From a virus (taxonomy: Duplodnaviria; Caudoviricetes): a stretch of 36,725 bases of DNA. A program made the translations under genes and the position numbers. The DNA is taken from the IMG/VR virus record IMGVR_UViG_3300020248_000004, positions 1-36,725 of that record; one strand, 5' to 3'. Below, one piece after another: positions 26,974 through 34,786 of the stretch (positions within the stretch are counted from its first letter, which is position 1; every line of letters starts with the position of its first letter). Below the pieces are notes generated by a model. The model did no database searches and was not told the DNA's origin. It saw nothing but the letters and a program-made list of their open reading frames with translations.

Positions 26974-27246
26974 TTAAGTTTTTACAGACCCACAATTCCA
27001 CTTGCGTAGTGCAAGAGCTTTGCGAGTTAGCTTGCCATCTTTATCTTTTAATGGTCCTTTTACCTTAGACATTCTTGCACAAAAAGATTTTCTTCTTGCT
27101 TTTTGTCTAGGTGAAAGTCCACTTGTTTTAGTAACAGGAGCTTGCAAGTTTCCACCTGTTGCTCGGTTGTATTTTCTCCGACCTCTAGCAGTAAGACCAC
27201 CTGTGGGGTCTTTATCTGCCTTAGTCATTGATACACCTTTAGACAT
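26974..27246 (-). CDS. Small basic protein, 90 aa
   Basis: K.PTGGL...GR..YN...G.NL.APV, RRKSFCARM, ALRKWNC, a widespread marine-phage pattern. Confidence 0.85.
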   Translation of the reverse strand: MSKGVSMTKADKDPTGGLTARGRRKYNRATGGNLQAPVTKTSGLSPRQKARRKSFCARMSKVKGPLKDKDGKLTRKALALRKWNCGSVKT

Positions 27247-27266
27247 AAAAAATGTAAGCTACTTAA

Positions 27267-27275
27267 AATATAACA
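27267..27275 (-). promoter_or_regulatory. Possible extended -10 host promoter upstream of the 90-aa gene and capsid
   Basis: TG-T-TATATT in a 32-nt intergenic gap. Confidence 0.4.
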
Positions 27276-27278
27276 CTA

Positions 27279-27530
27279 TTACGCAATCTTTAAACTATTT
27301 CTTTTTCTCTTATGTTGATAGGTAATATTTTTTGAACTTGTTTTTTCTCTTTTAAATCTAGCTTTCTCTTTACTACTCATCTCACTTGTAGTCTTTGGAG
27401 TCTTACTACTAACTCTCTTTGATGGTCTGCAAGCAGGGTAAGGTCTGCCCTTTTCATTCTTACCTCGGCCACACTTCTTGCCTGTTTTAACATCAACCCA
27501 CTTTTCTTTAAACCATCTGTCGAGACTCAT
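27279..27530 (-). CDS. Small basic protein, 83 aa
   Basis: LDRWFKEKWVDVKTGKKCGR...YPACRP motif. Confidence 0.85.
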   Translation of the reverse strand: MSLDRWFKEKWVDVKTGKKCGRGKNEKGRPYPACRPSKRVSSKTPKTTSEMSSKEKARFKREKTSSKNITYQHKRKRNSLKIA

Positions 27531-27679
27531 TTGCCTACTTGTTTCTGTGCTTTGTTGTGTGCTGCTTTAAATGAAGAACCTTCACGCATAAGCTTCTTCA
27601 TCATATCCATGTGTTTTTTAGAATGATGCTCTGAATGTTTTTTCAGAGTTCTCATTTGACTAAGACTAAGCTTTGCCAT
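27527..27679 (-). CDS. His/Met/Lys-rich protein, 50 aa
   Basis: Hand-translated MAKLSLSQMRTLKKHSEHHSKKHMDMMKKLMREGSSFKAAHNKAQKQVGK. ATGA overlap. Confidence 0.8.
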   Translation of the reverse strand: MAKLSLSQMRTLKKHSEHHSKKHMDMMKKLMREGSSFKAAHNKAQKQVGK

Positions 27680-27788
27680 TTTTCTTTTTGTTTTTTAATC
27701 TACGAACCAATAAAAAATCTTCTTTAGTGAGTTTACCATCACCAGTTTTATCAAGATTCTTTTTTTGTTTGTCTGTTAATTTTTTCAT
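27666..27788 (-). CDS. 40-aa basic peptide with one EF-hand-like loop
   Basis: MKKLTDKQKKNLDKTGDGKLTKEDFLLVRRLKNKKKNGKA, with DxTGDGxLxxEDF. Confidence 0.75.
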   Translation of the reverse strand: MKKLTDKQKKNLDKTGDGKLTKEDFLLVRRLKNKKKNGKA

Positions 27789-27931
27789 GCTTTAGTGTAA
27801 CCTCCACCAGCAGCCTTATACTGCCTTACAAGTTGTCCACTTGCATAAGCAGAAGGCCACTTCTTTACAGTACGTTTTACTTTAGCTTTTATTCTTGCAT
27901 AAAGTTTTGGATTTGTAGGTTTGTTAGCCAT
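27785..27931 (-). CDS. Small basic protein, 48 aa
   Basis: MANKPTNPKLYARIKAKVKRTVKKWPSAYASGQLVRQYKAAGGGYTKA. TAATG coupling to the scaffold gene. Confidence 0.85.
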   Translation of the reverse strand: MANKPTNPKLYARIKAKVKRTVKKWPSAYASGQLVRQYKAAGGGYTKA

Positions 27932-28725
27932 TAGCCGAATACGTTAGAACCTGCTAAACGTGCTTTTACATTTTCTGTGTATGATACGTCTTTCTCCCAA
28001 CGAGGATCAGACATAGCAGTTACTACTTCTGCTGTAGATCTAAATGGTGTAGGTCCACCTGTTGATGCACGACCTGAGTAGAGATTTGGTTCAATTCCCA
28101 TAGCGTTGTTGTATTGTGAATAGATACCTTGAACAGCCAGCTTAATAGCAGGTCCATCTCCAATATCAGTTAACTTATTAAAGGCTTGGACTTCTTCAGC
28201 AGGTAAATTAGCCATAGCCCAAGAAACCATTTGACCATAACTTTCATCTCCACCAACTGAGTCTTTGATACCTTGTGCATCTACTTCACCTGCCATACCA
28301 GCATTACGAAGACCATCTAAGTAGGTATCAACAATTTGTCTTGAAAAACCAGCTTCATTTAATTTGCTGTAATCATCTTCAGAGATCTCATCATTCTCTG
28401 CAAAGCGGTTTGATATATCTTGTGCATCAATACCAACTTCGTCTAACACAGCAGCAAGACCTTCTCCATAAAATTCATCTGCATTAAATTCAGAATCGTT
28501 AGTTTCTGTTTCTTGCTCTTCTGTCTCTTCTTCTGTAACATTTTCTGGTTCTTCTCTGGTTTGATCTATAGCACCAAGCTTACCTTCAAGTTCTTTGTAG
28601 CTTCCTACAAGATCCTCTACAGTTTTAAACTTACCTGCATACAGGCCATTGTCTTCTTTTAAACCTTCCAAGTCTGAAGCAGACATTGGTGGTGTCTCTG
28701 AAACATTTACTTGTGATGAAGTCAT
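27931..28725 (-). CDS. gp9: Capsid assembly (scaffolding) protein
   Basis: GKFK..EDL..SY.ELE.KLG, VGG.E.Y..M..WA, AMSDPRW..D..Y. Acidic. Confidence 0.92.
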   Translation of the reverse strand: MTSSQVNVSETPPMSASDLEGLKEDNGLYAGKFKTVEDLVGSYKELEGKLGAIDQTREEPENVTEEETEEQETETNDSEFNADEFYGEGLAAVLDEVGIDAQDISNRFAENDEISEDDYSKLNEAGFSRQIVDTYLDGLRNAGMAGEVDAQGIKDSVGGDESYGQMVSWAMANLPAEEVQAFNKLTDIGDGPAIKLAVQGIYSQYNNAMGIEPNLYSGRASTGGPTPFRSTAEVVTAMSDPRWEKDVSYTENVKARLAGSNVFG

Positions 28726-28737
28726 AGTGGTTTTCTT

Positions 28738-28896
28738 TTAACTATAGTGAATTGTACTGCCATGTCTAGTAATAACATCACCAGACTTTTCGGGTACAGG
28801 GTTTTCTTCGTTAACACCTAGTTCGCTAACGATAGCTTTTTCAGAGACAAATTTTCCATCTTCATCTCTTTTTCTACTGGACTTCTTGGTTGGCAT
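28738..28896 (-). CDS. Small hypothetical protein, 52 aa (start revised to MPTKKS)
   Basis: RDEDGKFV motif. Lies between portal and scaffold. Confidence 0.7.
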   Translation of the reverse strand: MPTKKSSRKRDEDGKFVSEKAIVSELGVNEENPVPEKSGDVITRHGSTIHYS

Positions 28897-30472
28897 CTTG
28901 AGGTTCCTCCATTGTTTGTTGTTGTGCCTGTGCATCAGCTAGTTTTTTAGGATCAACTAAAGATGACCCCAAAGCAGCAGGTCCAAGACTTTGAATAAGT
29001 TGCTGCTGTTGCATAGCTTCTTGTTCTGCTTGGATCTGATCTTGTGTTTTTACTAGGTTAGCAGTATCTATACCAATACTGGTAGCAAGACGTTTGACCG
29101 CTTCATCTACATTCACGTATTGTCTCATTACATCTGGTCCTAAAGCTTGGGCTACAGTTCCTATAAACTCTATCAGCTTGTTTCTATCATTACCTCTACC
29201 AAGACCTTGAAGTCCTGTCACTATCTTAGGTTTGACCAGTTCATCAGGTAGCTTGGGAACCTTGCCCTGTCTTACTAGCAGGTGCATACGTCTTCTTAGA
29301 TATGGTAGTTGAAAAGATTGAGTCAAGGTAGAGTAAATTCCACCAAGACTATTTTCAAGTTCTTGTGCCATAAGATTTATCTCTGCTGCTGTCACTCTTT
29401 CTGCGTCACGTTGTACTGATCTTGCCATCAAGAAAGCAAACTCAAGTCTTGCTTCTATTCTTTGTATTGCACTAAAAGCAATAGAAAAGTCTGCACTCTT
29501 ACCAACCTGCATAACAGAAACATCTGCTGCTGTACCCTCTCTTACTGCTCCATTCGGTGCTTTGCTTATAGTCGCTGCTCTTGTAACACCATTGGGATTG
29601 ACTAGAAATAAAGTCTTTGCACTAGCAGCAGCACCTTCGATTATTGCTTGCATTAAAGACTCAAGACTAATTAAGTCTCCTCTGTATTCTTCAACATAAC
29701 CTCTACCATAATCTTCACCGTCAACTTGGATAAATCTAAGAGGTAGCCAAGGTGTTACATCTACTCTTGATCTACCATCTGTGTTTGGTATCTTTTCTCC
29801 CTTACATTCTTGAAACCAAAAAACATCATCATTAATTCTTTTTATATATGTATATATATCAAGGTCATCTGTCATTGTCTTAGCGTCATAGTTCTCTTTC
29901 TTTTTAATCTGTTCTAAAAAAGCAGCAGGTAAGGCTTGTGGGTGTATTGTTTCTTTAACAAGTATTTCTAATACATTACCCATTGCATCACGCTTACAAA
30001 CAAACTTTGATAATGGATATACTTTAAGACCTGCATCTGTTAGATATAGCAAAACATTACCTGATACGACTAGGTGTTTGATAGCTTCAAACATGGCAAC
30101 CCTATCATTAGATATTTCTATCTGATTCATCAAAGCATTTTCTATTGTGCGTAGTCCTTTATCTATCTCACTCTGCATTTGCTCTTGCCCTTGCTTTCTT
30201 ATTTCAAGGTTATCTATTTCTAATTTAAAAAATGCTGTGCTTGGAGGAAGCAAAGTCATCAATAATTTATTAGACAAGCTATTCACACCACGACTACCAG
30301 TAGCTTGGAAAGGAGTTTTTATACGCGCCCTTGTACCAGTTGTTTGTTCTGGTATCAAGCTAGGTATTGTTAGCTTTGAAGATTCTTTTGCTTCTCTATC
30401 ATAGACAGACCTACTACTAACAAGTGCTTCATACCTACCTGCTGCGGTTGTGCCTTGTGTCGAGTATTCCAT
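28874..30472 (-). CDS. gp8: Portal (head-tail connector)
   Basis: LTIPSL, GVN.L..KL...LLPP..FF, GEDYGRGYVEEY.GDL.SL, R.AERVTA.EI. Confidence 0.97.
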   Translation of the reverse strand: MEYSTQGTTAAGRYEALVSSRSVYDREAKESSKLTIPSLIPEQTTGTRARIKTPFQATGSRGVNSLSNKLLMTLLPPSTAFFKLEIDNLEIRKQGQEQMQSEIDKGLRTIENALMNQIEISNDRVAMFEAIKHLVVSGNVLLYLTDAGLKVYPLSKFVCKRDAMGNVLEILVKETIHPQALPAAFLEQIKKKENYDAKTMTDDLDIYTYIKRINDDVFWFQECKGEKIPNTDGRSRVDVTPWLPLRFIQVDGEDYGRGYVEEYRGDLISLESLMQAIIEGAAASAKTLFLVNPNGVTRAATISKAPNGAVREGTAADVSVMQVGKSADFSIAFSAIQRIEARLEFAFLMARSVQRDAERVTAAEINLMAQELENSLGGIYSTLTQSFQLPYLRRRMHLLVRQGKVPKLPDELVKPKIVTGLQGLGRGNDRNKLIEFIGTVAQALGPDVMRQYVNVDEAVKRLATSIGIDTANLVKTQDQIQAEQEAMQQQQLIQSLGPAALGSSLVDPKKLADAQAQQQTMEEPQDANQEVQ

Positions 30473-30473
30473 A

Positions 30474-30692
30474 TTAAGTTGGGTAATTCAAATCTCCACC
30501 TTTTGCACCATCAAGTAATGGTATCTGTAATGATCTAGTTCCCATCCTTCTACCCATAGCAACTTTTGTATCAGCAGCTTGTTTCTTCTTTTGTTTGCCA
30601 ACAACAACAGCATCAGCAGTTTCTTCTATAGGAGAATCAACTGGCTCTGGTGCGGGAGTTGGTGGTGGCGTGGGTCTTCTCCCTAAACACAT
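30474..30692 (-). CDS. Small virion protein (gp6.7/7.3-like position)
   Basis: MC start, Pro-rich, G.RSLQI near the C-terminus, directly upstream of portal. Confidence 0.75.
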   Translation of the reverse strand: MCLGRRPTPPPTPAPEPVDSPIEETADAVVVGKQKKKQAADTKVAMGRRMGTRSLQIPLLDGAKGGDLNYPT

Positions 30693-30717
30693 GATTAATA
30701 GATATTAATTTTTCCTT

Positions 30718-30726
30718 ATACTAGCA
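30718..30726 (-). promoter_or_regulatory. Possible extended -10 host promoter upstream of the portal operon
   Basis: TG-C-TAGTAT, identical to the element at 7772, in a 38-nt gap. Confidence 0.45.
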
Positions 30727-30730
30727 TGAA

Positions 30731-30961
30731 CTAAATTAAAGTCTTCCTTTTTGTTTGCGTTAGCTTTTGTGCTGTTGCAATAGTTGGGTTAGAAAAGTTT
30801 TTAGTTTCTTTTTGTTTCGCAATCTTCAAAGAATCTGCTGCTTCATTTTTTTTCTTTTTGTTTTCAAGACCTTCTTGTTCACCTGAAATTACAACTGGAT
30901 CATTTTTAACTTCTCTCTTTTGTATCGCATTGGCTACTTGTTGACCACCACCAAAACACAT
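30731..30961 (-). CDS. Small virion protein (gp6.7-like)
   Basis: MCFGGG start, DSLKI motif, synteny. Confidence 0.75.
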   Translation of the reverse strand: MCFGGGQQVANAIQKREVKNDPVVISGEQEGLENKKKKNEAADSLKIAKQKETKNFSNPTIATAQKLTQTKRKTLI

Positions 30962-30963
30962 AG

Positions 30964-31158
30964 CTAGTTCTCCAATACTCTGTTAGTTAACATAGTTTCT
31001 TTTTGTCTTAGTTGCTGTTCAATAAGGTAATCAACAACAGACCTCTGCCCTGCACGATACCACACTTCTCGATCTGATAGCGATAGGTCTGGGTGTCTGT
31101 TAGGAAACACAGCATCTAAAGCTTGTATAAGTTCGTCAGTAATTACTGGTAAAGACAC
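30964..31158 (-). CDS. Conserved small podophage protein, 64 aa
   Basis: LI..LD..FP...P....REVWYRAGQRSVV.YL motif. Confidence 0.85.
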   Translation of the reverse strand: MSLPVITDELIQALDAVFPNRHPDLSLSDREVWYRAGQRSVVDYLIEQQLRQKETMLTNRVLEN

Positions 31159-31187
31159 AAAAATTAAAGAGCTATATCTATATTATA

Positions 31188-31196
31188 TGTTAGTCT
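31188..31196 (+). promoter_or_regulatory. Extended -10 promoter for the candidate antisense sRNA
   Basis: TG-T-TAGTCT. Predicted +1 near A31203, at the base of hairpin 1. Confidence 0.55.
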
Positions 31197-31202
31197 ATAG
31201 AT

Positions 31203-31275
31203 AGCAAGGAGTGGTTACCTTGTTGCAACGCTAAGAAAACCTCAAGGGTGTGGTTCCTCTTGGGGTTTTCTTTAT
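31203..31275 (+). ncRNA. Candidate two-hairpin small RNA with GUGGUU loops
   Basis: Stems 31202-31209/31218-31225 and 31233-31248/31257-31272 pair fully only on the + strand (G-U wobble pairs). Loops are AGUGGUUA and UGUGGUUC, and the 3' end is U-rich. Confidence 0.6.
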
Positions 31276-32006
31276 GGGTTCCAAAGTTTTACTTCACCTG
31301 TATTGTAATCATAATCTCCCTCTCTAAGTATTCTTGTAAGTCTTGCGTTCAAGATAGCATCAGCAATCGTATAACCTTTCTTAGTATATGTCTCCTGTAC
31401 CTTAGACCATAGTGCTTCTTTGGTATCAGGTGTATTGGCTAAAGTCTTTGAAGCAGTAACCATACCCATACCTTTGATACCTAGTATTCCGTCACCTGCA
31501 TCACCAGCCAACGACATCTCAAACCAATGCCTGTCTGCTTTCTTGTTAGTAATATGTTCTATGCAATCATCAGCTATAAGTTTGCAGGGTAGTGTTCTCA
31601 TATCTTTATCAACTGAAACTATTATCGGGTCTTTGTATTTGCCATTGGTAGCAAGCAAACCAAGTACGTCATCTCCTTCTAAATGCTCATAGGCTACAGT
31701 TTCATATACCTCTTTTACTTTTTCTATAACACTTCTAAGTGCAAGTGGTTTGCGTTTACCTATCCTGTTGATCTTGTACTCAGGAAATATCTCATGTCGG
31801 AATGTAGGGTAGGAAGTAAAGCACATAACTATGTCATGCTTACCACTAGCAATACTTCTATAAACATCTAGTCTGTTCTCTATCAGATTAAGTATGTCTC
31901 TTTCATCTGAATGTAATGTATGCTCCCAATCATTCCATCTTGTGTCTTGTTCACAGGCACAGCATGAATTGTAGATCAACCAATCAGCATCAATAAGTAA
32001 AGTCAT
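31272..32006 (-). CDS. gp6: 5'-3' exonuclease (gp6-like)
   Basis: LLIDAD, FR....YK.NR, LEGDDVLG, S.DKD, GD..D...G..G.G. Confidence 0.93.
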   Translation of the reverse strand: MTLLIDADWLIYNSCCACEQDTRWNDWEHTLHSDERDILNLIENRLDVYRSIASGKHDIVMCFTSYPTFRHEIFPEYKINRIGKRKPLALRSVIEKVKEVYETVAYEHLEGDDVLGLLATNGKYKDPIIVSVDKDMRTLPCKLIADDCIEHITNKKADRHWFEMSLAGDAGDGILGIKGMGMVTASKTLANTPDTKEALWSKVQETYTKKGYTIADAILNARLTRILREGDYDYNTGEVKLWNP

Positions 32007-32008
32007 AG

Positions 32009-33634
32009 CTAAATAAAATCCTCATATACAACAAGCCGACCTGTCTTCTGGTCGTATAATAATTTATCTACTTCTCCTGTCATGCCAGTATGCCTAGACT
32101 TCAATACCTTTAGCTGTAGTCTTTGCCTTTCACTAGCTTCTCCTGTCTGGTTTCTGGAAGCAGATAACACGACATCTGATAGTTGAAGAAGACTATGACT
32201 ACCTCTCAAGTCTGATGTATCTACCTCTCTGCCCGACTCATGTGATTGTCCTTGTGGTCTGCGTAAATGACTTACCAATACAATAGCTATACCAGTTGCT
32301 TCACTCAAACTTCTTAACTTGGTCATTATTATATCTATTGCTTTGCGTTCGTTATCTAGTTCAAGACCAGATAGAACTATGCTTATGTGATCTAGTATGA
32401 CTACCTTTACTCCATCAACAGTAGCTAAGTATCTTATCTGTTCAAGCAATACATCAGGCTCAAGACTACCAAAGTGGTTGTATAAAAAAAGATTGCGTGT
32501 TGATGTAAGGTTATCAAACGCAATCCGCAGATCATCTTTTGTTATGCCATCTTCATTTAAGTGCAAAGGAATATTCAAGTCAATACCTACAAGACCTTGA
32601 AGAGTTCTTTGTACTGATTCTTCTAACCCAATGTAACCAACCTTGATATTTCTTTTAAGAAAGTGATGGCATAGCTCCCTGCATATTGTGGACTTACCTG
32701 CCCCACTTGCACTAGCTACCGTAAAGATTTGACTAGGAAACAAACCTCTTGTGTATTCGTTTAACTTTGGAAATGGAAAGTCTGATACAGGTTTACTTGT
32801 TTCTTTGGTAAACAAATCCCAAGCGTCTGCTGCGTTAATGAGAGAGTCAGGTCTAACTGGTCTAGCCTTCCATAACCTATCTTTTACTAGCTCACCTTCT
32901 CCTAATACAAGATGATCGTTAACGTCATTACGATCTAATTTTGCTATTGCAACCTTACCTCTTGGCAATACCTCCATACATTTATCTGCTGCCTTCATAC
33001 CAGCAACATCATTATCAAAACAAATAACAATACGACAAAAACTATCAAGCCATTTGTAATTAGCTGCTAAGTATTTAGCTGCTGATTGTACTCCTGACGG
33101 AATGGAGACACAGGGAAATTTATTACCTTGTATCTGACTAGCACTCATGCAATCAATCTCACCCTCACATACAGTTAAAAAGACAGAACCATTACCTCCA
33201 TGCTGTCTCCAAAGATGCTGACCCCATAGTTGTACCTTAGACATATCACCTATCCATATAAACTTCTTATCTTGAAAGCGTACGTGCTGTGCAACATCAT
33301 TACCTTTTTGATCTTTATATGTAGCTACCTGTACTGGCTGCCCTCTGTATTCAGACATACCATAACCAAATAGTTCTGCTGTTTCTTTAGTTATTCCACG
33401 CTTGGGTAAAGCTATCGGTGTAACCTTCAACAGCTTTGGGTTTGGTTTGTATATAGGAATAATGTTAGTGGTCACTTTCTTTTGTTTATATTCTGGATAA
33501 GTTAGTTTTTTGTTTGGGTAGTAGGTGTAGCCACAGTCCATAGTGAAGCAATGGTGGTGTCCATCATCAAAGACTGCACAGTTTTTTTTACCGCACTCAG
33601 GGCAAACTATTTTGTTTTTGTATTGGCTCTTCAT
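32009..33634 (-). CDS. gp4: Primase/helicase (start revised to MKSQYK)
   Basis: Zn finger CPEC...HCF..C, TOPRIM EGEID and FDND, helicase motifs SGAGKST, LDHISI, SHLRR, DLRGS. Confidence 0.96.
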   Translation of the reverse strand: MKSQYKNKIVCPECGKKNCAVFDDGHHHCFTMDCGYTYYPNKKLTYPEYKQKKVTTNIIPIYKPNPKLLKVTPIALPKRGITKETAELFGYGMSEYRGQPVQVATYKDQKGNDVAQHVRFQDKKFIWIGDMSKVQLWGQHLWRQHGGNGSVFLTVCEGEIDCMSASQIQGNKFPCVSIPSGVQSAAKYLAANYKWLDSFCRIVICFDNDVAGMKAADKCMEVLPRGKVAIAKLDRNDVNDHLVLGEGELVKDRLWKARPVRPDSLINAADAWDLFTKETSKPVSDFPFPKLNEYTRGLFPSQIFTVASASGAGKSTICRELCHHFLKRNIKVGYIGLEESVQRTLQGLVGIDLNIPLHLNEDGITKDDLRIAFDNLTSTRNLFLYNHFGSLEPDVLLEQIRYLATVDGVKVVILDHISIVLSGLELDNERKAIDIIMTKLRSLSEATGIAIVLVSHLRRPQGQSHESGREVDTSDLRGSHSLLQLSDVVLSASRNQTGEASERQRLQLKVLKSRHTGMTGEVDKLLYDQKTGRLVVYEDFI

Positions 33635-33992
33635 ACCAATCATCAGGAATAAATTTGTCGCAGTATTGGAACCCATGTCTCTCACACCACTTGGCATAAG
33701 AGATAGAGTTCTTAGCTTTAGATAGTTTGGTTCTGCTATTTTGAAAACAGAACCTTATATCTAGGTCGGGTCGTTTCTCCTTAATCGCAAGATGTTTGCG
33801 TCTATCTTCTTTCGAGAAGTAGCCCTTCGTTTCAACAATAAAATTGTTGAGGATAAAGTCAGGGCGATAGGTGCAAGTGATTTCATAGTCAATGCTGAGA
33901 GTTTCATAGGTAAAGATAATTTTCTTTTTGGTTAATTTGTCAGCAAATTGACTTTCAAATTTACTCTTGTATTTAGAAGTCGGCTGCGTCAA
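33597..33992 (-). CDS. gp3: Endonuclease I / Holliday junction resolvase (start uncertain, TTG 33992 proposed)
   Basis: YKSKFE, Y.PDF, VETKG.F..EDRRKH, P.LDIRF.F, Y.KWCE.HGF. Confidence 0.92.
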   Translation of the reverse strand: MTQPTSKYKSKFESQFADKLTKKKIIFTYETLSIDYEITCTYRPDFILNNFIVETKGYFSKEDRRKHLAIKEKRPDLDIRFCFQNSRTKLSKAKNSISYAKWCERHGFQYCDKFIPDDWYEEPIQKQNSLP

Positions 33993-34704
33993 CTGTTTCA
34001 AACCCTGCCTTTCTGGTTGTAACTGGTTCGTACCCAAAGGTTTCTTTGGTTGGTCCTGTAACTTCGATTTGGTGGGGTTTCTCTTCATAACTACTCGGTG
34101 CTTCTGCTTCAAAGTCTGGGCTACCTGTCCATTCAACGTGCTTTCTTACTATGACTTGTAAAGGTTGGCATCTGATACCGACACCATTAGCACCTGCGTC
34201 ATAGCCACTACACTTCATAGACATCTGCCCTTCTGTCATAGGACTAATCTTTTCGTATTCCTTTTTTTCTTCGTCTGTCATAAGACGTAGTGGGTCTTCG
34301 TTAGCCCAGAAAGTAACAGGTGGATTAGTCCATAGATCACCATTCATTTTTACCCCACCAGCTTTCTTGCTGGTCTTGATGACTAGGTAATCATCTTCTG
34401 TTGACCAAGGCAAAGCTGGTTCGCCATGTTTATTTTTTGTAAGGGTAAACTTTCTATCTGGATAGTATTCTTTTAACGCTGCTTTCCATCTATCAAGCAA
34501 GCCTTCAAGCTGCTCAATAATATGTTCTACCGCATCAACTTCTCTACCTTTTTCAAGTTTCATCATAGTGCCTTTCTTGATAAGACACTCTGCTTTGTAT
34601 TTCTTAACACCCTTGAACTCGTCAGGGGTTACAAGATATGAATACCTAAAGTTTGTAGGATTGGGTGTGACTATCTTAATAGTCTCAGGCTTGAGTGCTT
34701 CCAT
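33973..34704 (-). CDS. gp2.5: Single-stranded DNA-binding protein (gp2.5-like)
   Basis: TP....YSYL..PD, position after RNAP, C-terminus ending DAADF. Confidence 0.85.
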   Translation of the reverse strand: MEALKPETIKIVTPNPTNFRYSYLVTPDEFKGVKKYKAECLIKKGTMMKLEKGREVDAVEHIIEQLEGLLDRWKAALKEYYPDRKFTLTKNKHGEPALPWSTEDDYLVIKTSKKAGGVKMNGDLWTNPPVTFWANEDPLRLMTDEEKKEYEKISPMTEGQMSMKCSGYDAGANGVGIRCQPLQVIVRKHVEWTGSPDFEAEAPSSYEEKPHQIEVTGPTKETFGYEPVTTRKAGFETVDAADF

Positions 34705-34758
34705 GTTTGTACCTTGGTTTGGTTTCCGTTTTAATGCGTCTTTAAAAGACGTTCCCTT

Positions 34759-34786
34759 ACTATACCTTGATCTCTTGCTATGTAAA
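34759..34786 (-). promoter_or_regulatory. Host sigma70-type promoter upstream of SSB
   Basis: TTTACA-N16-TATAGT. Confidence 0.6.

Noticed and set aside
33993-34136. Long N-terminal extension of the endonuclease ORF
   Set aside because: It overlaps the SSB 3' end. Similarity to gp3 begins only at YKSKFE.
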